Position numbers and translations under genes: made by a program. From positions 1 to 64,000 of the forward strand of contig JBBRLQ010000039.1 in NCBI GenBank assembly GCA_038231275.1: DNA of 64,000 nucleotides. Reading direction: 5' to 3'. The notes beneath the pieces are model-generated. The model worked only from the letters and a program-made list of their open reading frames with translations. It did no database searches and had not been told where the DNA came from. Positions 19,701-31,558 of the stretch are shown here, piece by piece. The stretch's first letter is position 1; the number at the start of each line of letters is the position of its first letter. This DNA comes from Polyangiales bacterium (GTDB taxonomy: Bacteria; Myxococcota_A; Polyangia; Polyangiales; Polyangiaceae).

Positions 19701-22700
19701 ATCCTCGTGCGCGCGGCCGACGTCGGTCAGACGCCCGACGAGATCCTGGAGCTGAAGTACCGGCTCGGTCAGGTCCATCAGACCAAGCTGAACGATCTGG
19801 ACGCGGCCATCGGCGCGTACCGCGGCGTCCTCGACGCGGCCCCAGAGCACGTCAACACGCTCGCGGCGCTCGAGGCGCTCTTTGCCACCGGCGTGAAACA
19901 GCTCGAGATCGCCGAGATCCTGGAGCCGCTTTACCGCGCCGCTGGCGAGTGGGAGAAACTCTCGCGCGTCTACGAGGCGCAGCTCGCGCACACGCAAGGA
20001 CAAGAGGAGCGGCTCTCCGCGTACTACCGCCTCGGCGAGCTCTTCGAAGAGAAGCTCATGGATCCGGTGCAGACGCTCAACGTCTACATCCGCGCCCTCA
20101 AGGAGTACCCGGTCGACGAGAAGGCGAGCGAAGAAGCTCCGCGTCTCGCCGGCGGCATCGACGGCGGGTGGGAGACGCTCGCGAACGCGTACGCCGACAT
20201 CCTCGGCCTCCACACCGATCCGAACGTGCAGCGCGCGGTCGGCAAGCGCCTCGCGAAGACGTTCGAGGACGAGCTCGGCGACATCGGCAAGGCCGAGGAG
20301 ACGTACAAATACGTCCTCTCGGTGGAGCCGCTCGAGCCCGAGGCGCTCGCGAACCTCGATCGCATCTACCTCTCGATCGAGTCGTGGAGCGATCTGGCGC
20401 AGATCCTCGAGCAGCGCGTGAAGGCGACGAGCGACTCGCTCGAGCTCGTGGATCTCTACGCGCGCCTGGGTGAGGTCTACGAGGTCCGCCTGGTCAGCAT
20501 CCCCGATGCGATCCGCGCCTTCCGCGCGATCTTCGACGGGCTCGACAAGTCGCACGAGGGCGCCATCCTTGCGCTCGCGCGCATCTACGAGGCGCAGCAG
20601 AGCTGGACGGAGCTCAACACGGTCTACGAGCGCGAGCTCGAGAACGCGTCGGGCGACGTGGCCGAAGCGGAGATTCGCGCGAAGATCGCGCACCTCGCGT
20701 CGGACCGCTTGAACGAGCCGCAAAAGGCGGTCGACGGGTGGAAGCTCGTCCTCGATCTCCGCGGAGAGGATCCGGAGGCGCTCGGTGCCCTCGCGAACCT
20801 CTACGAGACCCAAGAGTCGTGGCGCGAGCTCGTGGACGTCCTCGAGCGGACGTACGACATCGCGAGCGCCGACGAAGATCGCGTAAACATCCTCACGCGT
20901 CGCGCGCGCACGTTCTCGGACAAGCTCCAGCGCGACGAGCTGGCGCTCGAGGACTGGAACCGCGTCCTCGACATCGACTACGCGAACCTCGCGGCCCTCC
21001 GCGCGACCGCGCAGGTGCGTCGCCGCCAGAACGATCCGAACGAGCTCGTGACGGCGCTCCATCAAACGGTGGACCGCGCGACGACCTTCCTCGATCCCGA
21101 CGAGCTGAAAGAGATCTTCCGCGAGCTCGGGAAGACCTACGGCGACGTCCTCCACCAGGCGTTCGACGCCGCCGACGCGTGGCGCAAGCTGCTCGAGGTC
21201 GGGCAGGACTTCGAGGCGTACGACGCGCTCGAGAAGATCTATACAGCGGACGAAAACTGGAAGGACGTCATCGACGTCAAGATGCAGCGCGGCGCCGCGC
21301 TGACCGAGCCGGCGGAGAAGATCGAAGAGCTCCGCGGCGCCGCGTACATGTGGGAAGCGAAGCTCGGCGACGCCGACGGCGCGACCCCCGCGTGGCAGAA
21401 GGTCCTCGAGATCGCGCCGACGCACGACGAGGCGTTCGGGCAGCTCGAGAAGCTCCACAACGCCGCCGGCCGCTGGGAGCCGCTCATCGAGCTCTACCTC
21501 GCGCGCCTCGAGACGCGTGAGGAGACCGGCGACAAGACCGAGCTGCTCCGCAAGATCGCGCGCGTCTTCGAGGAAAAGCTCGACGACAAGAACCAGGCCC
21601 TCGACGCGCTCATCAACGCGCTCGGCGAGGACTTCCACGATCGCGAGACGGCGAAGTACCTCGAGCGCATGGCGCAGGCCACCGGGCGCTGGGGCGAGGT
21701 CATCCAGACCGCGAACAACTGGCTGCAGCAGCAGACCGAGTCGAGCGAGAAGATCCGCCTCTGCCTGCACCTCGCCAAGTGGTACGGCGACGACCTCGGT
21801 CACCCCGAGTACGCGCAGCCGTACTACGCGCAGATCGTCAACCTCGACCCGAACAACGTCGGCGCGCTGCGCCAGATGGGCCAGCTCTATCGCAAGAACG
21901 CGAACTGGCAGCAGCTCGGCGCGAGCCTGACCCGGGCGCTAGACGTCGCGGTGAACGACGTCGATCGCAAAGAGATCCTGAACGAGCTCGGCGAGCTGCT
22001 CGACGGGCAGATGTCGCAGACCGACCAAGCGATCACGTACTTCGTGCGCGCCATCGAGGTCGACGGGCAGTACATCCCGGCGATCGAGAACCTCGAGCGC
22101 ATCTACGCGAGCCGCGGCCAGAACCGCGACCTCGTCGACGTCCTGCTCCGCAAGGTGCCCGCGCTGCGCGAGAACGCGGACATCGCCAACACCAAGCTCC
22201 GCATCGGCGCGCTCTACGAGTCGAACCTGAACGACCCGAACCGGGCGGCGCAGACGTACCGCGAGGTCGTCGAGATCGAGCCGGCGAACTTGCAGGCCCT
22301 CCGCGGGCTGTCGCGCGTCTACGAGGCGCTCGAGCAGTGGTCGGAGCTCGTGAAGGTGCTCGAGACGCAGCTCGAGGTCGTCAGCACCGAGCGTGAGCGC
22401 ATCGACGTGCTCATGCAGCTCGCCAGCATCCAAGAGGAGCACTTCCTCAAGGCGGACATCGCCGCCAACCGTCTCGAGCAGGTGCTCGAGATCGATCCGA
22501 ACCACGAGGAGGCGTACTTCGCCCTCGAGCGGAACTACCGCAAGCTCCGCCAGTGGCTCGATCTCATCAATACCTACGATCGCCACATCGCGGCGACGCT
22601 CGAGCGCAAGACGAAGGTCGAGCTCTACGGCGCCATCGCGCAGGTCTACTCCGACGAGATCGAGGACGCGGAGAAGTCGATCGACGCCTACCGCAACATC

Positions 22701-25337
22701 GTCGACCTCGAAGAGGCGAACATCCCGGCGCTCGAGGCGCTCGCGAAGCTCTACGACAAGCAGGGCGACGCCGCGCAGTCCATCGAGTACATGGGCCGCG
22801 TCGCGGAGCTGACGCAGGACACCAAGCAGCGCGTCGAGTCGTTCTATCGCATCGGCAAGGCGATGGACGAGAAGCTCGGCGACCGCGTCGGCGCGCAGGA
22901 TCGCTACGAGATGGCGCTCGATCTCGATCCGTCGCACCTGCCGACCTTGGGCGCGCTGCGGCAGATCTCGATGGACAACGCGGACTACGACAAGGCCGCG
23001 CGGTACATCGATCAGGAGCAGAGCTACACCGGCGCCCCGCGCCAGCGCGCCAAGCTGCTCGTCGAGCTCGGCAAGCTCCGCGAGGAGATGCTCGGCGATC
23101 ACGACAGCGCCATCCTCGCGTTCGAGGCCTCGCACGAGGCCGATCCGGAGAACGAGGATTCGGCGATGCCCCTCGCCGACGAGTACATCACGCGCGAAGC
23201 CTGGGACAAGGCGGAGCCGCTGCTCGATCTGCTCGTCCGCAAGGCCGGCAAGCGTGAGCGCGGCGAGCAGCACGATCTCCAGAACAAGCTCGGCAAGGTG
23301 ACCGCGGCGCTCGGCAAGGACGACAAGTCCTTCAAGGCGTACTCGGCGGCGCACCAGCTGGATTTGACCGATCAGGTCACGATCAAGGGCCTCGCGGAGG
23401 TCTGCTTCCGGCTGAAGGACTGGGGCGCGGCGCTCACGAACTACCAGAAGGTGCTCACCGCCCTCGCCGAGGACGAGAACGAGCAGCGCGCCGAGGTCTA
23501 CTACCGCCTCGGCTGCATCAAGCGCGAGCAGGGTCAGGCCAAGCAGGCGATCAACAACTTCGAGAAGGCCCTCGGCGTCGACAACACGCACCGGCCGACG
23601 CTCGAGTCGCTCGTGTCGATCTACACCGAGCTGAAGGACTGGAAGCAGGTCGTCGCCTACAAGCGCCAGATCCTCGACAACGTGTTCGACGGGGAGGAGC
23701 GCTACAAAGTGCTCCTCGAGATCGGCGACGTCTGGAACGACAACGACAAGAACCCGAACAAGGCCATCGAGGCGCTCGAAGAAGCGCTCGATCTCCAGCC
23801 GCAGAGCCACCCGCTCCTCCACAAGCTGCTCGCGCTTTACCAAGCCGTCGAGAATTGGTCGAAGATGATCGACTCGATTCAGGCGATCGCGGACATGGAG
23901 AAGGACAACGTTCGCAAGAGCAAGTTCATCTACACGATCGCGCAGCTCTATCGCGACAAGGAGAACAACCAGGATCGGGCCGTCGAGCTCTTCAACGAAG
24001 CGCTGGATTTGAACCCGACGTTCCTCGAGGCGTTCGAGCGCATCAACAAGGTGCTCACGGCGCAGAAGGACTGGAAGAACCTCGAGCGCGCGTACCGCAA
24101 GATGCTCCGTCGCTTGAGCGCGGCGGGCGCTGGCAATCCGGATCTGGAGTTCCAGCTCTGGCACCAGCTCGGCCTCATCTACCGCGACCGCATGCAGGAC
24201 ACGAACAGCGCCATCGAGGCCTTCAAGATGGCGACGCGGTACCGCCCGGACGAGGCGCTCGAGCGCCAGATCTTGGCCGAGCTGTACGAGGCGACGGACC
24301 AGACCGAGGCGGCCATCGGCGAGCACCTCATCGTGCTCCAGAAGGATCCGCTCCGCGTCGATCCGTACCGGAACCTCTACAAGCTGCACCTCAAGATGCA
24401 CGAGTACGATCGCGCGTGGTGCATGTGCGCCGCGCTCGCGTTCTTGCGCCAGGCCGACGAAGAGGAGCAGCGCTTCTTCGAGGACTACCGCCCGCGCGGG
24501 ATGATCCAGGTGAAGAGCCGCCTCGACAACGAGATGTGGGTCAAGTCCCTGTTCCACAAGGACGAGAACCTCTTCATCGGGAAGATCTTCGAGATGGTCA
24601 CGCCGGCCGCGATCGTCGCCAAGACGACGGCGCTCGCGCGGGCCAAGCAGCTGCCGCCGCTCGACAAGCGGTTCAAGCAGGATCCCGCGACGAGCACCGT
24701 GACGTTCGCGAAGACGTTCGGCTGGGCGGCGCAGGTCCTCGGCGTTCCGCTCCCGGAGCTCTATGTCCGCAACGACGTCGCGGGCGCGTTGCTCGCGGTG
24801 CCGTCGAGCCCGCCGGCGAGCGTCGCCGGTCAGACCGTGCTCACCGGCTTCACGCCGCAGGAGCTGACGTTCATCGTCGGCAAGCACCTGTCGTACTACC
24901 GCGGCGAGCACTACATCCGGAACCTGTTCCCGACGCTCAACGAGCTCAAGGTCGTCCTCTTCAGCGCGATCAAGCTGATCATGAACGACTTCGCCGTGCC
25001 GCCGGAGATGGCGCAGGCCGTGAACGCGACGGCGCAAGAGCTTGCAAAGTACATGCAACCGATCCAGCGCGACGGCCTACGTCTCGTCGTCCAGAAGTTC
25101 ATCGAGGACGGCGCGAAGGCGGACTTGAAGCGGTGGATGCAAGCGATCGACGTGACGGCGTGCCGCGCCGGCCTGCTCCTCTGCGCGGACCTCGAGATCG
25201 CGAAGAAGATCATCGCCGCCGAGCCGCAGCTCCCCGGCGATCTGCCGCCGCCCGACAAGATGAAGGAGCTCCTCGTCTTCTCGGTCAGCGAGCAGTACTT
25301 CACGCTCCGCAAGGCGCTCGGCATCGCGGTCGGCTAG
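13764..25337 (+). CDS. gltI: Giant TPR protein GltI/AgmK-like (about 3857 codons) with an in-frame TAG at 17658-17660
   Basis: ORFs 13764-17660 and 17715-25337 share a frame; the TPR register continues across the stop; located in the glt cluster. Confidence 0.7.
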
Positions 25338-25339
25338 AC

Positions 25340-25412
25340 GGAGGGCGGCGTTTTTCGCCGATACCGTCGCGATGCCGGCGTCGCTCGGTCTCGGCGAAAA
25401 CCGCCGCCCTCC
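25340..25412. terminator. Long near-perfect inverted repeat between convergent genes
   Basis: GGAGGGCGGCG-TTTTTCGCCGA-TACCG ... CGGTC-TCGGCGAAAA-CCGCCGCCCTCC. Confidence 0.6.
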
Positions 25413-25432
25413 TGCGGGGAGCGCTGCCGGGG

Positions 25433-25882
25433 TTAGGCTCGGAGCTTTGCCGAGCTTTCGTTGGCGCCTGGATCGGTGGGGGGAAGCGAGAGGGTGAGCT
25501 GCTCGATTTCGGGGATGGCGCGGTGGATACGCGCGCGGACCAGGAGCGGCTGCATCGGGCCGTCGAACCACACTACGACCACGTAGATGCTGGCGAACGA
25601 GCACGCCACGTATCGGTCTTCGCCGTCCTCTTGCGCGAGCTCGAAGCGGACCCCTCGCCGCATACTGTGGATGCGCGGGACGATCTCTCGCGCATAAAAG
25701 CGGTCGGCCGCATGGTCCTGCGCCCGTGTCGAGCTCGTGGGCGGCCAGTCTGGGATGCCGACGCACCACAGACCGTTACCCTCGTCGAGGACGAACGCGA
25801 ACGAGCCCCCGCTTGCTTTCGCGAGGCCAGCGAGGGCTTCGTACAGCTTCGTCCAGGTTAGGTGGCCGGGGCCAAGGGACAC
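25433..25882 (-). CDS. Hypothetical protein, possible Roadblock/MglB-like fold
   Basis: Probable GTG start at 25882; 'SFAFVLDEGN' and 'YVVVVWFDGPMQPLLVRARIHRAIPEIEQL' resemble Roadblock/LC7 proteins. Confidence 0.5.
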   Translation of the reverse strand: MSLGPGHLTWTKLYEALAGLAKASGGSFAFVLDEGNGLWCVGIPDWPPTSSTRAQDHAADRFYAREIVPRIHSMRRGVRFELAQEDGEDRYVACSFASIYVVVVWFDGPMQPLLVRARIHRAIPEIEQLTLSLPPTDPGANESSAKLRA

Positions 25883-26089
25883 GCCAAACGCTAGCGCAGT
25901 GAGGGCCGTTGGGCCGCCGGAGAGGCGCACATTCGGGCAGGGATTCGCCGTTTTTCCTTCTTGCACCTCGATGGACTTTTGGACCGTCGGGGGGGGTGTA
26001 GGTTTGGGGATTTGGCGGGCGCGCGGCGCCAGGTTTCGGAGGGTTGGTCGGCCCCGCGCGGTGGCGTGGACCGTGCCTAGTTGGGGGGC

Positions 26090-26575
26090 ATGATTCCCTT
26101 TCCCCGCCGCAGATCGCAGGAGATCCACCACGAGCTGGACGAGGAGACGCCGGCCCTTGGGATGCGCGACGAGTGGACGGAGCTGAGCCTGTCGGACTGC
26201 CAGGTGGTCGGGGTGAGCGCCGCGCCTGCGCCGAGGCGACGTGAGCCGACGGATCCCGGGGTGTCGTTCGCGCGGATTCTGACGGCGGAGATCGATCGGG
26301 CGCTCAGCGCGGAGCCGCCGTCGTCGCAGCGGCCGCAGCGGCCGATGCTCACGTTCGTGGAGGTGCCGATGCCACGCGCGTCGACGACGCCGACGCTACG
26401 GAAGCCGCGGGCGGCGGCAGAGGTGACGAATGGCTCGTGGTCGCGCAGGTCACGCATTCCCCTGGCGACCGCGGTGCTCGCGTTCGCGATCGGCGGCGGG
26501 CTCCTGGCCGATCAGGTCCGCGCCGGCCACCTCGATCACGCGATCGCGATGCTGACGTCCTTCGTCGCGCGCTGA
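26090..26575 (+). CDS. Hypothetical protein with C-terminal TM helix
   Basis: ORF with a hydrophobic C-terminal segment; start uncertain. Confidence 0.5.
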   Translation: MIPFPRRRSQEIHHELDEETPALGMRDEWTELSLSDCQVVGVSAAPAPRRREPTDPGVSFARILTAEIDRALSAEPPSSQRPQRPMLTFVEVPMPRASTTPTLRKPRAAAEVTNGSWSRRSRIPLATAVLAFAIGGGLLADQVRAGHLDHAIAMLTSFVAR

Positions 26576-26642
26576 TCGACGCGCACGCGCGCTTTCCGCG
26601 CAACATTGCCCCACCTGAGGTCGATAGGGGTACGGAGGCCAA

Positions 26643-27950
26643 ATGGACCCGTACCTCGAAGATGATCGACCCTCGAACCGCACCCTCGAAATCGCGCGAT
26701 CGGCCGAGGAGCGCGCATTCCTCCTCGAGATTCAGGACGACGACGGCGTGCGAATTTTCCCGCTGCCGCGAAGGAAGCTCGTGGTCGGCTCGGGGAAGGA
26801 CGCGGACTTTCTGCTGCGCGATGCGACGGTGAGTGCGACGCATTGCACGCTCGACGTGCTGGGGCACGGCGTGAGTGTCGAGGATCAGGGTTCGCGAAAC
26901 GGCACGTTCGTCGGCCCGGCGCGCGTCGCGCAAGCGTGGGCGACGGCCGGGACGACGGTGACCGTGGGGCGGGCGACGCTCGTGCTCGTGGAGGCGCCTT
27001 CGGATCCGCACGATGTGGCGGCGGACGTGGTGCCGCTCGCGGGGATCGCCGGTGGCTCGGCGCCCATGCGGCGCGTGGCCGAGCAGGTGCGGCGGTTGGC
27101 GCGTCACGCGGCGCCCGTACTGATCGCGGGAGAGACGGGGACCGGCAAAGAGCTCGTCGCGCGGGCGCTGCACGTCGAGGGGCCGCGGGCGGCCGGACCG
27201 TTCATCGCCATCAACGTATCGGCGCTGCCGCGTGAGCTCGTGGAGAGCGAGATGTTCGGGCACGAGCGCGGCGCGTTCACGGGCGCGGTGAACCGGCGCG
27301 CCGGGGCGTTCGTGGAGGCACACGGCGGGACGCTGTTCCTCGATGAGATCGGCGAGCTCCCGCTCGACGCGCAGCCCAAGATGCTCCGCGCGCTCGACGG
27401 TTACGAGGTGAAGCGCGTAGGCGCGGCGGGCGGCGGGCAGAAGCACGACGCGCGCGTGGTCGTCGCGACGCACGTTCCGCTCGAGGAGCGCGTGCTCGAC
27501 GGGCGCTTCCGGCGCGATTTGTTCCACCGGCTGGAGGTCTTCGTGGTCGACGTGCCCCCGCTGCGTGCCCGGCGCGGTGACATCGCGGCGATCTCGAAGG
27601 AGCTCCTCCGTCAGATGACGGTGACGATCGGCAAGCGCGAGCTCTCGTCGGCAGCGCTCGCGCGGCTCTCCTCGCACGACTGGCCGGGGAACGTGCGCGA
27701 GCTGCGGAACGTGCTCTTTCGCGCGGCGGATCTGTCGGTGACGACGCAGCTCGACGTGCCGGTGATCGAGCGCGCGATGCGGGTCAAGAAGGCCGGCAAT
27801 CGGCAGCTCGATCTCACCCCCTCGCTCGCCAAGGCGTGGCTCTCCCAGCACGGCGGCAACCTGACCGCCGCCGCGCGCGCCGCCGGCTATCCGCGCACGA
27901 CGTTTCGCAAGCTGCTCCCGTCGCGCGGCGATGATACTAAAGAGCGATGA
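26643..27950 (+). CDS. FHA-domain sigma-54 enhancer-binding protein
   Basis: FHA ('VSATHC','DQGSRNGT'), Walker [38 protein letters not shown]-terminal HTH. Confidence 0.92.
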   Translation: MDPYLEDDRPSNRTLEIARSAEERAFLLEIQDDDGVRIFPLPRRKLVVGSGKDADFLLRDATVSATHCTLDVLGHGVSVEDQGSRNGTFVGPARVAQAWATAGTTVTVGRATLVLVEAPSDPHDVAADVVPLAGIAGGSAPMRRVAEQVRRLARHAAPVLIAGETGTGKELVARALHVEGPRAAGPFIAINVSALPRELVESEMFGHERGAFTGAVNRRAGAFVEAHGGTLFLDEIGELPLDAQPKMLRALDGYEVKRVGAAGGGQKHDARVVVATHVPLEERVLDGRFRRDLFHRLEVFVVDVPPLRARRGDIAAISKELLRQMTVTIGKRELSSAALARLSSHDWPGNVRELRNVLFRAADLSVTTQLDVPVIERAMRVKKAGNRQLDLTPSLAKAWLSQHGGNLTAAARAAGYPRTTFRKLLPSRGDDTKER

Positions 27951-29269
27951 CGCGTCCGCTCGTGGTGTCCGCCCTGTTCGCGCTGGCCACGTTCTCTGGG
28001 TGCATGTGCTCGAAGAGCGGGGCCAACGGCGAGGCTTCCGATGGCAGTGCGGCGAGCGCCGTCGCGACGAACGACGCGGGTTCGCCCGGTCCGATCGCTC
28101 CATCCGCGCATTTCTCCAACCCGATCGCCGCGACGCGCGCGGGTGGCGGCGCGGTGCTCGTGGCTGGGCTCGTCGTCCCCGACAAGGTCATCGCGATCAC
28201 GCGCCTCGAGGCAGGCGGCGGCACGTCGTTCACCGTGAACGCGCTGCGCGGCGTGACGTGGTCGGCGGACGCCGATTTGCGCCTATTTCCTGCAGACGGC
28301 GGCGCCGTGGTGGTGTGGCGCGGGCCTCGTGACGGCAAGCCCGTGCGCCAGATGATCGTGATCGGGAAGGGCGGGGAGCTCAAGGGCGACCCGATCGACA
28401 TCGGGACCGTGTCGTGTGCAACCGAGGAGGCCGTCGCGTGGACCGAACGCGCCACTGGCGGCAAGACCAAGGTCGTCGCCAAAGGATGGTCGTCTCCCCC
28501 GCGCGACGTCGCGCTGATCGGCTCCGAGCGCGAGCCGGTGGTCGTCTGCGGCGCGCGTCGCATCTACGCGCTCGGCCAAGGCGAGGACGACATGACCTTC
28601 GCGGCGTCGGAGAACGACGGCGGGCCGCGCATGGTTCTCTCCGCGTCGGAGTTCGGCGGGGACGAGGAGCGCGAGCTGTCGGAGTACACCGTCGGTGACG
28701 ATCTCGGCCTCGTGCGCGTAGGCAGCGGCGGACAGATCGCGCTGCGCGAAGCAAGGGCCGCCGGTATGGGCGCATGGAGGCGACTCGCGGCGACGATCCC
28801 CGCGGACGACGATCTGGTGGCGGTCGACGCCGACGCGAAGACGACCTACGTCGTGACGACGCGCGAGGCGGCGAGCCCGTGCACCGACGGCTCGACCAGT
28901 GTGCCTTCGAGCGTGCATGCGTTGCGGATCGATCGCGCCTCGTTCGCGGAGACCTCGCTCGAGGTCGCGCCGGCCGAGTGCGGGCGCGAGATGGGGCCGT
29001 TCTGGACGGGCTCGGTCGGCGGTCGCTTCGTCGTCGCGTGGGCCGAACGAGCCGCCCGGCGCGACGCGTTCTCCGCCCCGATCGCCGGCCTCGCCTACCG
29101 CGTCATGGAAGGGGCGGGAGCCGGCCAAGTCGTGCGTGTCGCCCGCGCCGCCGACGCACTCGTCGACGCAGGCTGCGACAAAGACCGCTGCTACGCCATC
29201 GCGCTCCTTCGCGAGCCGAAGACGACGAACATCGTCCCCGAGATCGTCCAAACGATCGCGTACCCTTGA
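27947..29269 (+). CDS. Hypothetical lipoprotein (beta-rich)
   Basis: Lipobox FSG-C; start codon lies at the end of the upstream EBP gene. Confidence 0.7.
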   Translation: MTRPLVVSALFALATFSGCMCSKSGANGEASDGSAASAVATNDAGSPGPIAPSAHFSNPIAATRAGGGAVLVAGLVVPDKVIAITRLEAGGGTSFTVNALRGVTWSADADLRLFPADGGAVVVWRGPRDGKPVRQMIVIGKGGELKGDPIDIGTVSCATEEAVAWTERATGGKTKVVAKGWSSPPRDVALIGSEREPVVVCGARRIYALGQGEDDMTFAASENDGGPRMVLSASEFGGDEERELSEYTVGDDLGLVRVGSGGQIALREARAAGMGAWRRLAATIPADDDLVAVDADAKTTYVVTTREAASPCTDGSTSVPSSVHALRIDRASFAETSLEVAPAECGREMGPFWTGSVGGRFVVAWAERAARRDAFSAPIAGLAYRVMEGAGAGQVVRVARAADALVDAGCDKDRCYAIALLREPKTTNIVPEIVQTIAYP

Positions 29270-29329
29270 CCGCCCGCGCTATCGAGCGCAGACGAGCGAC
29301 AGCCCCGCCACGATCAAACGACTTCTGCT

Positions 29330-30493
29330 TTAGAACGATCCGCTGATCGCAAAGCCCTTTTCGCGGCCGATGAGGGGCGTGATCGTAGGCGCCTTCCAGG
29401 TAGTAGCCGTCGGCGTGGGCGCGTCGGCGGGCTTCTTCGGCGCGAAGAGGTACCAGCCGACCGCGAACGCGGCGCCGGCGATGCCGATGCCGACGCCGAT
29501 GTTGCCGACGAGCGCATCCTTGTCGACGGTGTTGTTGTCGTCGGCGAGGGCCGCGCAGGCGCCGCGGAAATCCTTGGGCTTGGACGGTGGGTTGGTGCAG
29601 ATGCCGGTGTAGCCGCCGTTCGTGCGGATGGCCGAGGCGACGCTGTCCGCGCTGTTCTGCGCGCTCGACTTGGCGATGACGCCGAAGCCGATCGCCATGA
29701 CCGCGCCGCCGACGGCGACGACGCCGCCGATGACGACGGGAACGATCGTCGCCGGGGGTGCGAGGCGGCTCTGCTTCGGCGGCTTCGGCCCGGTGTCTCC
29801 GGCCGCGGGGGCAATCGTGGTGCCGGTGTTCGCGGGATTCGTCGTGTCGCCGGACGGGCTCGTCGTGGCGGGGACGTTGCTCGGCGGCGGCGTCCCAGGG
29901 CCCGTCGTGGGAAGCGGCACCGGGACCGGAAGTGGCGCGCCACCTGCGCCTCCGAACTTCGCGGTCGCCTTCTGACCCGCGACCGTCGTGACGTTCTGCT
30001 CTTCGTTGCCGGCCTTCACCTTGTGCGGGCCGGGCTCGACGTCGACCGGATCGGCGAGCGGCGCGGTGCCGACGCCCTCGCCGTCGACCGTGAGAATTGA
30101 ACCCGCGGCGGCGACGATCTCGATGCGACCGACCTTCTGCCGCGACTCCGAGAGACCGCGCTCGGCGTCGGCGCGCTGCGCCGGCGAGAGGTTCGGCGAC
30201 TCACGCAGGTACTGCTGGAAATACTTTGACGCCTCGAGCGCGTGCCCCGATCGGAGCGAGCTCTGCGCGAGGTTCAGGAGCACCGCGGGGTGCTTGCGCA
30301 GCGCGTACGCCTGGAGGAACGCCGCGCGCGCGTTCTCGAACTCCCCCTTGTCGTAAAAGCCGACGCCCTCTTGGAAGCGTGCGCGCGCGGCCTTGATGGT
30401 GGGATCGTCGGCCGGCTGCGCGAACGCGAGCCCGCCAAACATGGCGGGGGTAAGGGCAAAGACAAGGGCTAGAGCGATGGATCGCGTCTTCAT
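29330..30493 (-). CDS. Secreted TPR + PEGA domain protein
   Basis: Signal peptide, 'ARARFQEGV..Y', TPR, PEGA-like 'LTVDGEGVGTAPL.DPVDVEPGPH', C-terminal 'GSF'. Confidence 0.8.
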   Translation of the reverse strand: MKTRSIALALVFALTPAMFGGLAFAQPADDPTIKAARARFQEGVGFYDKGEFENARAAFLQAYALRKHPAVLLNLAQSSLRSGHALEASKYFQQYLRESPNLSPAQRADAERGLSESRQKVGRIEIVAAAGSILTVDGEGVGTAPLADPVDVEPGPHKVKAGNEEQNVTTVAGQKATAKFGGAGGAPLPVPVPLPTTGPGTPPPSNVPATTSPSGDTTNPANTGTTIAPAAGDTGPKPPKQSRLAPPATIVPVVIGGVVAVGGAVMAIGFGVIAKSSAQNSADSVASAIRTNGGYTGICTNPPSKPKDFRGACAALADDNNTVDKDALVGNIGVGIGIAGAAFAVGWYLFAPKKPADAPTPTATTWKAPTITPLIGREKGFAISGSF

Positions 30494-30566
30494 GCGTCCC
30501 CACTATCTCATATTCCGTGGGCGCTAGACGAATCCCGCGCGCCCCAAAAAGAGCACCTTTAACCGG

Positions 30567-31346
30567 TCAGAAGGGGTTGTCGCGGACGATGCCGCTCGTG
30601 GGCTTCTTCGCGGGCGGGGGTGCCGGAGCGCGCGGCGGCGGATTGTAGTGCGGGGCGGCCGCGCGCGGAGGCGGTGGCTCGGGGCGCGCGGCTTGGACGG
30701 GCGGCGGCGGCTTCGGGGGATCGACCCTGGGGGGCTCGGGCTTGGGGTCCGGCGTCGTAGCGGCCGCCGCTGCCGTGACGGCTGCGGGCGGATCCGGCGC
30801 GGGGGGCGGCGGGATCTTCGGCTCTTCGTGCGAGGTCGGGGTCGCCGTGGTGAGCGTGGCGGGTGCCGCATCGGGCCCGCTCAGCGCGGCGCGCACGCCG
30901 AAGAAGAGCGCGAGCCCGGCGATGATCCCGCCCGCCGCGAGGAAGAGGCCCTTGTTCGATTTGCGAATCGGCGGCAGGTCCAGATCGACCGACGCGTCGC
31001 GACCGATGGCGCGCTGCGCAACGGCGGCGGCCGCGCGAGGTCCCGGGGGTCGACCCTGCGGGCGCGAAGGCTTTGCCATCGCAGGGTTTGCTGTCGGCAT
31101 CGGGGCGGGGGCGAGGATCGGCGCGTGCATCCCCGCCATCAAATCGGCGTTCGCGCCCACGCTTCCGAGCTGGCGCACCTCGCTCTGGCTCATGTTGGCC
31201 GGCGTCGCGGCGAACGGGGCGTCGTCGAGCTCCCACATCGGCCGGAAGGCGGCGGCGAATCTCTCGGCGTCGTCAGGGGAGAGATCGCCGAAAGGAGAGC
31301 CGATGCCGTTCGTCGGCTTGGGGAGGTTCGCGTTTGCCATGGTCAC
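30567..31346 (-). CDS. Pro-rich single-TM membrane protein ending in 'RDNPF'
   Basis: One TM segment and a Pro-rich tail. Confidence 0.7.
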   Translation of the reverse strand: MTMANANLPKPTNGIGSPFGDLSPDDAERFAAAFRPMWELDDAPFAATPANMSQSEVRQLGSVGANADLMAGMHAPILAPAPMPTANPAMAKPSRPQGRPPGPRAAAAVAQRAIGRDASVDLDLPPIRKSNKGLFLAAGGIIAGLALFFGVRAALSGPDAAPATLTTATPTSHEEPKIPPPPAPDPPAAVTAAAAATTPDPKPEPPRVDPPKPPPPVQAARPEPPPPRAAAPHYNPPPRAPAPPPAKKPTSGIVRDNPF

Positions 31347-31558
31347 CTTTCGACGAAGAAGAAGCCCCGACGATCTACGCGGCGGAAAAACGAAAATGCC
31401 TACGACGGTACGTTGAGGCTAGCACCGTCACAGTGCTCCCTCAAACGCGGGAGCTGGCAAAAAAGATTGCCATGACGCGGACATAGGTGTGTCCAGGGAG
31501 GACACCCCACGGTCCAGGTTGCCGCCCCCGGGCCTCCTTTTTTCGCCGTTCTTTGGCG

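Noticed and set aside
3431..25058. Very long antisense ORFs (e.g. 4880-7093, 13761-17588, 17673-21803, 21939-25058)
   Set aside because: Shadow frames of GC3-biased genes; no motifs; fully overlap well-supported genes
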